Assembly (NCBI GenBank): GCA_046290465.1
Contig: JBKAGP010000001.1
Coordinates: forward strand, 4,000,001-4,064,000
Origin: Planctomycetota bacterium
GTDB lineage: Bacteria; Planctomycetota; UBA1135; UBA2386
DNA length: 64,000 nt
Direction: 5' to 3'
Within the stretch, counting starts at the first letter, position 1. Each line of letters opens with the position of its first letter. The position numbers were made by a program, and so were the translations under genes. The notes under the pieces are model-generated. The model had not been told where the DNA came from, searched no databases, and saw only the letters and a list, made by a program, of their open reading frames with translations. This document shows, in pieces, positions 29,261-37,950 of the stretch.

Positions 29261-29283
29261 GCCAGTGACCCCGGGTCACTGGC
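29261..29283. repeat. 23-bp palindrome (copy 2); half-sites at 29462 and 29480
   Basis: GCCAGTGACCC-C-GGGTCACTGGC; GCCAGTGACCCG and CAGTGACCCG lie just upstream of the HU-like gene. Confidence 0.95.
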
Positions 29284-29501
29284 TGCTCGCCGATGCAGTG
29301 CGTCGACGATCGTCGGGTTGCGTAGACCCATGCTTGTTGGGGGGGCGGTCAGCGTGAGCGCGCTCATTCGACAGCTTGATCTGGCCGCGCTTCGTCGGAA
29401 GCGAGACAATCAGTGCTCTAGAACCCCCTCCCTCCCCGCTGGTTTCGTGTGGCGTAGAACCGCCAGTGACCCGGTGTTTCAGTGACCCGATGAGGTGAGC
29501 A

Positions 29502-29963
29502 ATGTGCCTCGTGAGAATCCCGTTCTTGTCGCGCACCGAAGACGGCAAGCCTCTGCAAGACGCGATCGACTTCGCTGCCGAGCGAACGGCATGCGATTCG
29601 GTTGCGGTTGCGCAGGTCATGAGCTTGTTCTTCGAGGCAATCGCAGATGAGGTCAGTCGGGGGAAGGTGGTGCGTATCCCGGGCTTCGGCATCTTCGCGC
29701 CGGTCGCGGTTTCCGAGCGCGACCGCCGGATGTCAAGGGACCTCACACCTCGCTGCAAGCCAGCGTTCTCTCCGTCGCGCGGGTTCCGACAGCAGGTTCG
29801 CTACGGAGCGCCTCCGAATGCCTCAGGTGCCGAACGGCTGAAGCGATTCGACAAGAACCACTCGTCGACTAAAGGTAGAGGAGCACCGCGCGTCTGGGCA
29901 GCCATGGAAGCAATGCGCGACCAGATCGACGCTCAGTTGGCGCGAACGCGCGACGTTTCTTAG
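29502..29963 (+). CDS. HU/IHF-family DNA-binding protein
   Basis: FFEAIADEVSRGKVVRIPGFGIF...KPAFSPSRGFRQQV. Confidence 0.8.
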   Translation: MCLVRIPFLSRTEDGKPLQDAIDFAAERTACDSVAVAQVMSLFFEAIADEVSRGKVVRIPGFGIFAPVAVSERDRRMSRDLTPRCKPAFSPSRGFRQQVRYGAPPNASGAERLKRFDKNHSSTKGRGAPRVWAAMEAMRDQIDAQLARTRDVS

Positions 29964-30046
29964 AAGCTGCTGAGAGCCTGGAGAACTGAGAGTTTCGCAA
30001 GTCGATACGCTTCAGGAAGCGGCCGCCCTGGGTCGAATACAGCGAC

Positions 30047-30292
30047 ATGGAGCTGACCCCGAGGCACCTCTACATGCTCGCGCAGGCAGCGGCGAACAGA
30101 AACGGCACAGCGTCGTTCGACAGGCGCTACGAGAACGGGCTGGACGAAGTCGCGGAGAGAGCCGAGGCACTACTGGGCGCGGGATACCTCGACGCCGTGC
30201 TGCCGCACACGTCCTCCCGAGACGGTCGCATTGACAAGGTGGTCATCCAGATCAGTGACGCGGGACGCGAAGTTCTTGCCGAGCACGGATGA
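30047..30292 (+). CDS. Small hypothetical protein, possibly winged helix
   Basis: 81 aa; LLGAGYL...ISDAGREVL resembles a wHTH wing. Confidence 0.5.
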   Translation: MELTPRHLYMLAQAAANRNGTASFDRRYENGLDEVAERAEALLGAGYLDAVLPHTSSRDGRIDKVVIQISDAGREVLAEHG

Positions 30293-30557
30293 CCAGGGTG
30301 GACACAGGGTCTCTCGCCGTGACCGGAATCACGCCAATCGGGTCAAGCACCACCGGGTTAGCAGAACACGGCTCGTCCGCTCTCCGATTCGATCGCCCTG
30401 TTTGCTAGCCGAGGGCCGCTCTGCGGTGCGCGGACGAGCTGACGGCGCAGGATCAAGTTCTCGTCGCGAAGCCTCTCGATCGTCTCGTCGGGTCGTGGAT
30501 CGTCATCGCGCTACGCGAGCAAGCGAGAACAGTGTGTGATCTGCGTCGTCGGATCCG

Positions 30558-31064
30558 CTACCGCCGTGGGTAGGAATCGCGGAGGTCGTCCGTGTCCTCG
30601 ATGTGGATGCCCACAGCCTTCAGCAGAGCCCTGTTCTTCTCGTCCGGACTGACGTCGATCTCGCGCACAACCTCTGAAGAGCGCACGATCAGTTCAATAA
30701 CCGGCGCATCTGTTTCCAGGCCGTCCCAGTATCGTCGTGCAAGCTCACCGCACGTCGCACAGTCTTCGAGGTGACTTCGCACTTGTTCCGTCAGCTGCAT
30801 GTCCCCCCGATGAAGAACGTCGGCATCCGGGACTTCTACTTCGTAGAGCCGACCATCGGTCATCTTCGCGTGATGCTCACGCGCGTCGTCCTCACTCTCG
30901 AACACGAACAGGCTTCCTTCCCGCCTGGGTTTTCCCTCCGGCCGATGACCCTCGAAAGCGTCCTCAACCGCTCGACCGAGTTCGTGCTTGTCGACGAACT
31001 CTTGCGCCGAGGCGATCGATTGGCCGAGACAGAAGCGCCGCTTGTCGACTCTGAAATACCTCAT
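30558..31064 (-). CDS. DUF2441-like protein (putative ADP-ribosyltransferase fold)
   Basis: E..RPEGKPRREGSLFVF...LYEVEV...LHRGDM...YWDG...PVIELIV. Confidence 0.6.
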   Translation of the reverse strand: MRYFRVDKRRFCLGQSIASAQEFVDKHELGRAVEDAFEGHRPEGKPRREGSLFVFESEDDAREHHAKMTDGRLYEVEVPDADVLHRGDMQLTEQVRSHLEDCATCGELARRYWDGLETDAPVIELIVRSSEVVREIDVSPDEKNRALLKAVGIHIEDTDDLRDSYPRR

Positions 31065-31268
31065 GACGGACGTCTAAGATCGTTGCTAGCTCGTCGCACC
31101 GCGCAAGTGCTGCCTGTTCACCATTCGATCGTGGGTGTGGCTGACATCGCGGCCGAGCTGCGGACGCTGAATGCGCAGGGCCACGTCCGTCAGGTCTGCT
31201 GTCGCCCGTTCGCTTAATCCTCACTCTGGCCGTGAACCTGCCCTCGTGCCTGTTCACCGTCTCTCCTG

Positions 31269-31289
31269 CCAGTGACCCCGGGTCACTGG
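31269..31289. repeat. Palindrome (copy 3) just downstream of rep
   Basis: CCAGTGACCC-C-GGGTCACTGG. Confidence 0.95.
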
Positions 31290-31353
31290 TAACGAGTCCA
31301 TCTTGGTGATGCGGTTGCCTTACCAGCTTCTTAACGCGTCAGCTCCGTCTGAA

Positions 31354-32610
31354 CTACGCGACGGTCCGGATCCCTGGATCGGCGGCGACCTGATCAAGTA
31401 AGCGCCTTCGCAGGGTGACCGAGACCTGGGGGCGAGCCCATGCCGCGTCAACAACACTGCGCCGATGCCGGCGGGCGGCCTGCACCTTGCCGATGGTTGC
31501 CCTCCGTTTGCGCAGAGTGCGTTCGGCGAGGCACTCGGTTGCAAGCGCCCACATTTCCGGGATGTCGTTGCCCCATCTCGCCAGAGCAAGAACCATGAAG
31601 CGCGAGGAGCCCCGTTCCTTGAGCACGGAGTCAAGGACGTCTCGGTGGCCGAGTCGAAGGGCGTAGGTGGCGAGCTTCTCGTGAAGGAGCTGGTAGTCGA
31701 TGGCGAACGTGCGAACCTCGCGACCGGTTGCCGTGTCCACCATGAATGGCAGCCCTCGATCTGAAGTCCTCATGCCTTGCACGAGGCGCTGGATCGCGGT
31801 GAACCTCTTGAATCGAAACTCGAACCGAAGGTTCTTGATCGACCGTGAGGCAAACGTCTGTTGTCCGAGTGCCTTCGCGAGCTTCCCGCGTTGCGGGCGC
31901 TTGTCAGTCCTGTAGACGATGGCATCGTGGTTGCTCCCGTAGAAGGCAACGCCGTCACTTCCGAACACCGTTGCGGCAGCCTGGATCAGTGGCCGAAAGT
32001 TGAGCTTGCGTGCGACCTCAGTGATCGAGGAAGCATCGCCGTCGAAATTGATCGCGAGGTCGAGTCGTGTGACGTGCCAATGGTGTCCAGCCTGCTCGGC
32101 CTCCACGGTCGTGCACGGTAGAAGCAACGAGGTCATCTCTTGAAACACTCTCAGCAGTTCTTCCTCGGAGACGTTGTGCTGCTCGTCGTTGTGAAGTCGA
32201 AGAGCCCTGGGCACGCTGACCTCGACCATCACGATGTTCTCTCGCAAGGTCATGCGCATGCCGTCGGAGGATCGGAGAAAGGTCTTGTAAGCAGCGTCGC
32301 TGCTCTGCTTCCAGCTCTCTCTCGCGAGCAGGTTGCGTAGGTCGTTGTCGTTGATGACCGCGTTCAACTGTGTCCGAATCGTGTCGACGATGCCGATCGG
32401 CGTGAGCGGGATGCGGGTGAGCGGCTCTCCTAGAGGAACGAGGATCTCTGGCGCTTGCGTTGGACGCTGCGGCACTCGCGCGCCACGCTTTCGGGCGTAG
32501 CGGGTTTTGCCCCGAGGGGATCCTCGACTGCATTCTGCCCGTCTCCCCTCCGCGAGTCTGCCTTCCTGTCGGTTCCGTAGTTTCGTCGGCTTCTTCTTCT
32601 TCGTGGCCAT
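31354..32610 (-). CDS. Putative replication initiator, phage/plasmid gene II/X (CRI)-like
   Basis: IVDTI, VEVSVPRAL..HN, WHVTRLDLAINF, IVYRTDK and LRFEFRF occur in the order typical of this family; basic N-terminal extension. Confidence 0.65.
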   Translation of the reverse strand: MATKKKKPTKLRNRQEGRLAEGRRAECSRGSPRGKTRYARKRGARVPQRPTQAPEILVPLGEPLTRIPLTPIGIVDTIRTQLNAVINDNDLRNLLARESWKQSSDAAYKTFLRSSDGMRMTLRENIVMVEVSVPRALRLHNDEQHNVSEEELLRVFQEMTSLLLPCTTVEAEQAGHHWHVTRLDLAINFDGDASSITEVARKLNFRPLIQAAATVFGSDGVAFYGSNHDAIVYRTDKRPQRGKLAKALGQQTFASRSIKNLRFEFRFKRFTAIQRLVQGMRTSDRGLPFMVDTATGREVRTFAIDYQLLHEKLATYALRLGHRDVLDSVLKERGSSRFMVLALARWGNDIPEMWALATECLAERTLRKRRATIGKVQAARRHRRSVVDAAWARPQVSVTLRRRLLDQVAADPGIRTVA

Positions 32611-32761
32611 TCTTGCTCTCGCCTCGTTGGTTGTGGGCGATGCCGACGGCAGCTAATCTGCGGTTGCTCAACCGTAGTGCCGGACATCGCTCTGGACTGC
32701 GACTCCTCGGCTCCGGGCAACACGCTCGGAGCCGAGATCATCACAAAGTGGGGGATTCGCT

Positions 32762-33337
32762 GTGGATGCTGGTGACTGGGTGACGCTCGGTGTCGCAACG
32801 CTTGGCTTCGTCGCCTCGACCGCTCATCTCGTCTGGCGACTCTTTGCGTCTAGGTCTGAGGAGGCTCGGAAGGTCGTCAGAGAATCCATGGCTCCATTCG
32901 TGCCAATCCTGGGTGAAGGGATGCACGAGGTGCTCGCGAGTGCCCACATCCTGGCCAAGAAGATCAAGGCCGCGTCGAAGCCTGAGCACTTGCAGAAGTG
33001 GATCGACCGAGGCGCTGCTGCGAAGCAACGGATTGAGGAGTCGCGGCGGAAGGCTCGCTACGTGCTGTGGGGTATCACGGATGCGCTCAAGGTCGTGGCT
33101 CTTGCGCCGGATTACGCGAGGCACGCGCACAACAACCCGAGTTTCCCGATCGACGAGATGCTCGACCGCATGGACTCGCTGCGTGCCAAACTTGACGACG
33201 TCATTCGGGGCTGCTTCTGGGAGGGCCGCCATCCGACACCCGCCGAGATTCAGGGCGTCGAGGCGCAGGCGGTGCGAGCGCGCGAAGTGATGGGCAACGG
33301 CCCACCCGAGTCGCTTTCCGACGAAGCCGGCGGTTGA
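32762..33337 (+). CDS. Hypothetical protein with N-terminal TM segment
   Basis: 191 aa; WVTLGVATLGFVASTAHLVW; helical body. Confidence 0.65.
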   Translation: MDAGDWVTLGVATLGFVASTAHLVWRLFASRSEEARKVVRESMAPFVPILGEGMHEVLASAHILAKKIKAASKPEHLQKWIDRGAAAKQRIEESRRKARYVLWGITDALKVVALAPDYARHAHNNPSFPIDEMLDRMDSLRAKLDDVIRGCFWEGRHPTPAEIQGVEAQAVRAREVMGNGPPESLSDEAGG

Positions 33338-33492
33338 CAGCGTGTCGATTGGCGCGCATGGATCCGTGGCTCGCTTAGTGGTCGGAGTCGCTCGCCCGCT
33401 CATCTCGTAGCTGTCAACTCGGCTGCTGGGTATCGAGGGCGCTTTGCCGATGTCGCTGTAGCAAGCATCGTTGCATCGCAAACGTCTGCGCC

Positions 33493-33656
33493 TTCGAGTC
33501 CTGCAGGGCCTACCACTCGGATCGCGCGCGGATGGCGCGTAGTTGCCGATTCGCGGGGGGTGCGCTGTTCGGGAAGGGCGAGTGTGCAACAGAGTGTGCA
33601 ATGGCGTCGGTCACAAGCTGGCACGACGTGGCACGGTCTGGCACCACCTGGCACGG
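33493..33656 (+). other. att site: tRNA 3'-end core at 33493-33515 plus right arm (GAGTGTGCAA x2, TGGCAC x4)
   Basis: Core identical to 11787; sequence after the core matches 45561-45667. Confidence 0.9.
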
Positions 33657-33917
33657 TTGCGGAGAGGGCGCTGCAGGGTGATTCCTGCAGCGTGGGGGCC
33701 GTGGTGCGCCGCCGGTGGGCGTGGCGGCGATGGGCCAGAGGGCGTGGCCCGGAGGGGGCTCGGGCCGCGGTGGCGGCCGCGCGCGGGGCTGACGGGCCGA
33801 ATCTCGCGATCCGGATAGGGTGCCTGGTGGCGCTGGGGTGCCTGGCCGTGGTCCGTGGTGGTAGGCTGCGTGGGCGGGCAGCGGGATTTGGTCCGCTGTC
33901 GCACACGAGTTGGGCAG

Positions 33918-34276
33918 ATGAGAGTCGCGCAAGCAGTCGTGGCAGACACGGGCTTCCTCCGGTCCCCGGAGATTCTCGACTACTTTGGCGAGTCGCCCCG
34001 CAACGTCGTAGTGCTCGCTGAGTACACCTGCATGGAGCGCTACCAGGGAGACGCACTGGTCAACATCGAGCGCTCGACCGAGCTCTTGCGCAAGCATCCG
34101 ACCCAAGTCCTGATCGCGCGGGGTGCGCGACAGGTGGTCGAGATCCAGGATCGTCGGTCTACGCAATTCGTCACCCGCGACCTCATTGAGCCTGGGCAGA
34201 CGACAGGCTTCGCGCAGTTCTGCTCTGACGTAGAGCGTGCCGCGAAGGGAGATCTTGCTACCCTCGCCAATATCCG
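33918..34276 (+). pseudogene. 5' fragment of a possible PIN-like protein, truncated at the IS1380
   Basis: MRVAQAVVADTGFL...VVLAEYTCMERY...; the frame runs into IS sequence at 34277. Confidence 0.45.
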
Positions 34277-35864
34277 GGTCGACGTGAGATCCGAGCCGAC
34301 TTCGACGGCGGTGACACCTCCTCGGACGGCGGCGCGTTGCTGCTGCAAGAGACCGAAGAGCGGACCAGAATCATCGAGCAGTTCTCGCACTGTTTCGACG
34401 ACCACCGCGACGAGACGCGCATCGAGCACAGCGTGCGCGACCTGCTCGCCCAACGCGTCTTCGGGATCGCACTCGGGTACGAAGACCTCAACGACCACGA
34501 CGACCTGCGCTTCGACCCGCTGCTCGCGACGGCCGTTGGCAAAGAGGATCCGAAGGGCCTCAAGCGGCTGCGGGAGCGCGATCGCGGTGCCGGCCTGGCG
34601 ACGTCGAGCACGCTGAATCGCGTCGAGCTTGCGCGGCCGGACGACGCAGAGTTCCACCGCTACAAGCGGGTCGTGCTGCGCGAGGAGTTCGTCGACCAAG
34701 TCTTGCTCGACGTGTTCTTTCAGTCGTTCGACGAAGTGCCCGAAGAGGTCGTGCTCGACTTCGACGCGACCGACGACCCGCTACACGGCAAGCAGGAAGG
34801 TCGCTTCTTCCACGGCTACTACGGCCGCTACTGCTACCTGCCGCTCTACGTCTTCTGCGGCGACCACCTGCTCGCGGCGCGGCTTCGATCCTCGGGCATC
34901 GATGGGGCGGCCGGTACGGTCGACGAGCTCGAGCGCATCGTGCCGGCACTGCGCGAGCAGTGGCCCGACGTGAAGATCATCGTGCGAGGCGACTCTGGAT
35001 TCCGTCGCGAGGAGATCATGGCATGGTGCGAGGATCACGCTGTGGACTACGTACTCGGCCTTGCACGCAATTCGCGGCTGGTGAAGCGCATCGCGTGTGC
35101 ATTGAGCCGCGCACAGCAGCGGCACGCGCAAACCGGTCAGCCGGCTCGATACTTCGTAGACTTTCGTTACCGCACGGAGAAGTCGTGGAGCCGTGAGCGT
35201 CGCATGATCGGCAAGGCCGAGCATCTCGACAAGGGGAGCAACCCGCGCTTCGTCGTCACCTCGCTGACGAGAAAGCGGTGCGGTGTGAAGAAGCTCTACG
35301 AAGACCTGTACTGCGCACGTGGGGACATGGAGAATCGGATCAAGGAGCAGCAGCTGTTCTGCTTCGCCGATCGCACCAGCACCGCAACGATGCGCGCCAA
35401 CCAAACGCGGCTCTACTTCTCTTCGATCGCGTACACGTTGTTGGCGGCGCTTCGTCGGATTGGGCTGCGCGGGACCGACCTCGCACGCGCCCAGTGCAAC
35501 ACGATCAGGGCGAAGCTGTTGAAGATCGGCGCGATCGTGCGCGTCACGGTACGAAAGGTCTGGGTCTCGCTGTCACGCGCGTGCCCGTACGCTGGCATCT
35601 TCCGTGATGTCGTCGCGAATCTCCGCGCGCCGCCTGCTCGCCGCGCCTGAGGCTGTCGATTCGCCCGCTGCGCCCGCCTCTTTCTGCGCCACCGGTCTGT
35701 ACGCAGTCGACGGAACACGCCCGTTTCGGCCCTGTTCGCCTTTCAGGCCACACGCTGGCCGCCTTGATGCCGTCGCGTGCGCGTCAACGCCGCCGTCTCG
35801 TCAGCATCTTGCGCCGCTCAAGGCGCCAACTACGCCGAAACCGCGCAGTGGTGAGACATCCGGG
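34277..35864 (+). mobile_element. IS1380-family element, 5'-truncated (transposase 34277-35650)
   Basis: GRREIRADFDGGDTSSDGGALLL, GYEDLNDHDDLRFDP, LDFDATDDPLHGKQEG, VRGDSGF, YCARGDMENRIKE; no in-frame start upstream of the conserved N-terminal motif (in-frame TGA near 34226); right end GTGAGACATCCGGG followed by CTAG. Confidence 0.9.
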
Positions 35865-36138
35865 CTAGGTGGCCGGCCGCATCACCCGGATCCGGGGCGC
35901 CCTCGCACAGTGGGACGAGATGCGCACGAAGCACCGTCCGCCACCACCGAAGGGCGGGGAAGTCGAATACGTTCGACAGAGGGTCGTCGAAGGGAAGTCG
36001 TAGCACGATCTGGCAACGGCTCTCGGAGGCCAGCTGGATGCAACGCCGAAAACCTCAGAACGGCTGTCCGGTCGAGAAGGTGGCTGGCCATCGGTCGGGT
36101 GCGGCGAGTAGTTCGCCGCCTCAAACCCGAGGTAGACC

Positions 36139-37860
36139 ATGTCCTTTCGCAGCGTTCTCTCCACTCTTCTGATCTCGCCGGCCGTCACCACAGGCCTGCT
36201 TGCTCAAGCTACCCAGTTCGGCAACGGGTGCGCCTCATCCACTTCGTCCACGCCGACGATCTCGCTCCAGGGAGCACCGTTCGCAAACACGCCGCTCGTG
36301 TTCGACGTGTCCGGCCCGCCGAACAAGGTGGCCTATGTGATGCTGTCCTTCCAGAACCAGACCTACGCCAATGTGCCGTTGCCGCTCGACCTCGCGGCCA
36401 TCGGTAACCCCGGTTGCACGCTGCTAGTGCCGCCGGACTATAGTGTTCCGGTCCCGCTCAACGGGCAGGGCACAGCGACGTTGGCCATCCCGGCGTTGCT
36501 GCCGGCAAACACGACGCTCTACGCGCAATCCGCCATCCTGTTCGGTCAGGGCAACGCCTTGCTCGACGGCATCAGCGAAGGCCTGCAGATCGACATGATC
36601 ACGCCGACCAGCGACCCGGTCATCGGCAGCATCAGCCAACTGAGCGGCACCGAAGGCGACCTGCTGACGATCCGCGGGGCCAACTTCGGCAACGGCCCCG
36701 CAGACGATCTTTGCATGGCGGTCATGGACAATACCGACCACATCCAGGCGTTTCTCAAGGTCGAGACGCGCACCGACACGGACATGACCGCGCGCATCAA
36801 GACCGTGCGCCCCGGCGCCGTGCCGGGCAAGCTCGGCTTCATACTCGGTTCCGGCAACAACCAAGCGCTGCCGCCGGTGCCCGGCGCCTCAGCGCCACAG
36901 TCGGTCTGGAGCTGGCGCAACGCCAACGTGCAACCGAACGAGATGGCGATGTCGTCGCAGACGTTCGCGCCAGTGTCGTCGTTCTCGTCGTTCGGCAACC
37001 CGTGCGTGCCGTGTCAGGACGGCTACATCTGGTTCGACGTACAGAACGGCCAGTTCGTGGCCGACCTGCCCGAGCTCTGCGACGGTGCGACGTTCTGCGT
37101 CTACTTCAGCGAATTCTGGTGGATCGACAACGCTGGCGACTATCACCGCATCGAGAGTCAAGTCGAACAGGTGTCGATCTGCGGCATGACGTCAGCCGCG
37201 CGCGCCAACTACCTCGCGTTCATGCTCAGTTTCAACCTCGCCGGTGACGGCCTCAGCGCGTTCGCCCCTGATGCGAGCACGCTGACGATCCAGATCAACG
37301 GCGGCGCCCAGTTCATGGGCGGTTCGCTTGTCATGCAATACAAGTACGACCCGACGCTGCGCGTGACCGCGACCGACGGCACCTGCGACAACTTCGCCGC
37401 GCCCACCGAACCGACGACGATCGGTGCCAACCTCAACGCTTGGTACATCGCCAACACGCCGTCGGCGCCGCTGGCAATCTTTGACACCACCGCGTCGGAC
37501 CGTCACTTCCTGCACACGATCCCGATTCCGACAGGCCCCGGCACGACCACGACCGGCATCAGCCTCGAACTGCATCTTCGCAGCAACAACGCCATGTCGA
37601 CCAACGACAACATCCAGCTGGTGCTCAACGGTGGCGCCTTCGTCTGGAGTCTACGCATCTCCGACTTGCCCGGCACCGGCGGGACCTGGACCTCGGGCCA
37701 GACGGCCACGGTCTGCCTCGACCTCGCCGACTTGCCGCCGAGCAACAGCAGCGTGACGAGCGTCCTCGCCGAGGCCATCCTCGCAGGTGAGGTCGACATC
37801 CGAATCCAGGATGACACGACCGTTGACTGCGCGTCGATCACCGTCCAGCGATGCCAATGA
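36139..37860 (+). CDS. Secreted multidomain protein with IPT/TIG-like domain
   Basis: GAGG RBS; signal peptide; FGNGC...GAP...PLDL..IGNPGCTLLV module; PVIGSIS..SG..GDLLTIRGANF. Confidence 0.8.
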   Translation: MSFRSVLSTLLISPAVTTGLLAQATQFGNGCASSTSSTPTISLQGAPFANTPLVFDVSGPPNKVAYVMLSFQNQTYANVPLPLDLAAIGNPGCTLLVPPDYSVPVPLNGQGTATLAIPALLPANTTLYAQSAILFGQGNALLDGISEGLQIDMITPTSDPVIGSISQLSGTEGDLLTIRGANFGNGPADDLCMAVMDNTDHIQAFLKVETRTDTDMTARIKTVRPGAVPGKLGFILGSGNNQALPPVPGASAPQSVWSWRNANVQPNEMAMSSQTFAPVSSFSSFGNPCVPCQDGYIWFDVQNGQFVADLPELCDGATFCVYFSEFWWIDNAGDYHRIESQVEQVSICGMTSAARANYLAFMLSFNLAGDGLSAFAPDASTLTIQINGGAQFMGGSLVMQYKYDPTLRVTATDGTCDNFAAPTEPTTIGANLNAWYIANTPSAPLAIFDTTASDRHFLHTIPIPTGPGTTTTGISLELHLRSNNAMSTNDNIQLVLNGGAFVWSLRISDLPGTGGTWTSGQTATVCLDLADLPPSNSSVTSVLAEAILAGEVDIRIQDDTTVDCASITVQRCQ

Positions 37861-37950
37861 TCTCATGAAGTGGGATCCTTGCTTAGGATAGCCCCTTCAC
37901 AACGGCGACGACTTCGGTCGTCGCCTCCCGCTACCACCTCGCCAACGGCC

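Larger units (their letters stand above)
11787..33515. mobile_element. About 21.7-kb integrative element (int-xis, Rep, defence cargo) bounded by 23-bp direct repeats
   Basis: Identical cores at both ends; integrase adjacent to the left core; own arm repeats GTAGCTGTC at 11946 and 33407; no phage structural or conjugation genes recognised. Confidence 0.88.

Noticed and set aside
30350..30420. Integron attC site
   Set aside because: Only a loose GTTAGCA...TGCTAGC inverted match; no proper R/L box arrangement, and neither recombinase shows an evident IntI-specific insertion.
11787..33515. Prophage or ICE
   Set aside because: No structural, lysis, terminase, relaxase or T4SS genes recognised.
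33855..34616. 253-aa ORF as an intact gene
   Set aside because: Chimera: a real N-terminal fragment reading out of frame into IS1380.
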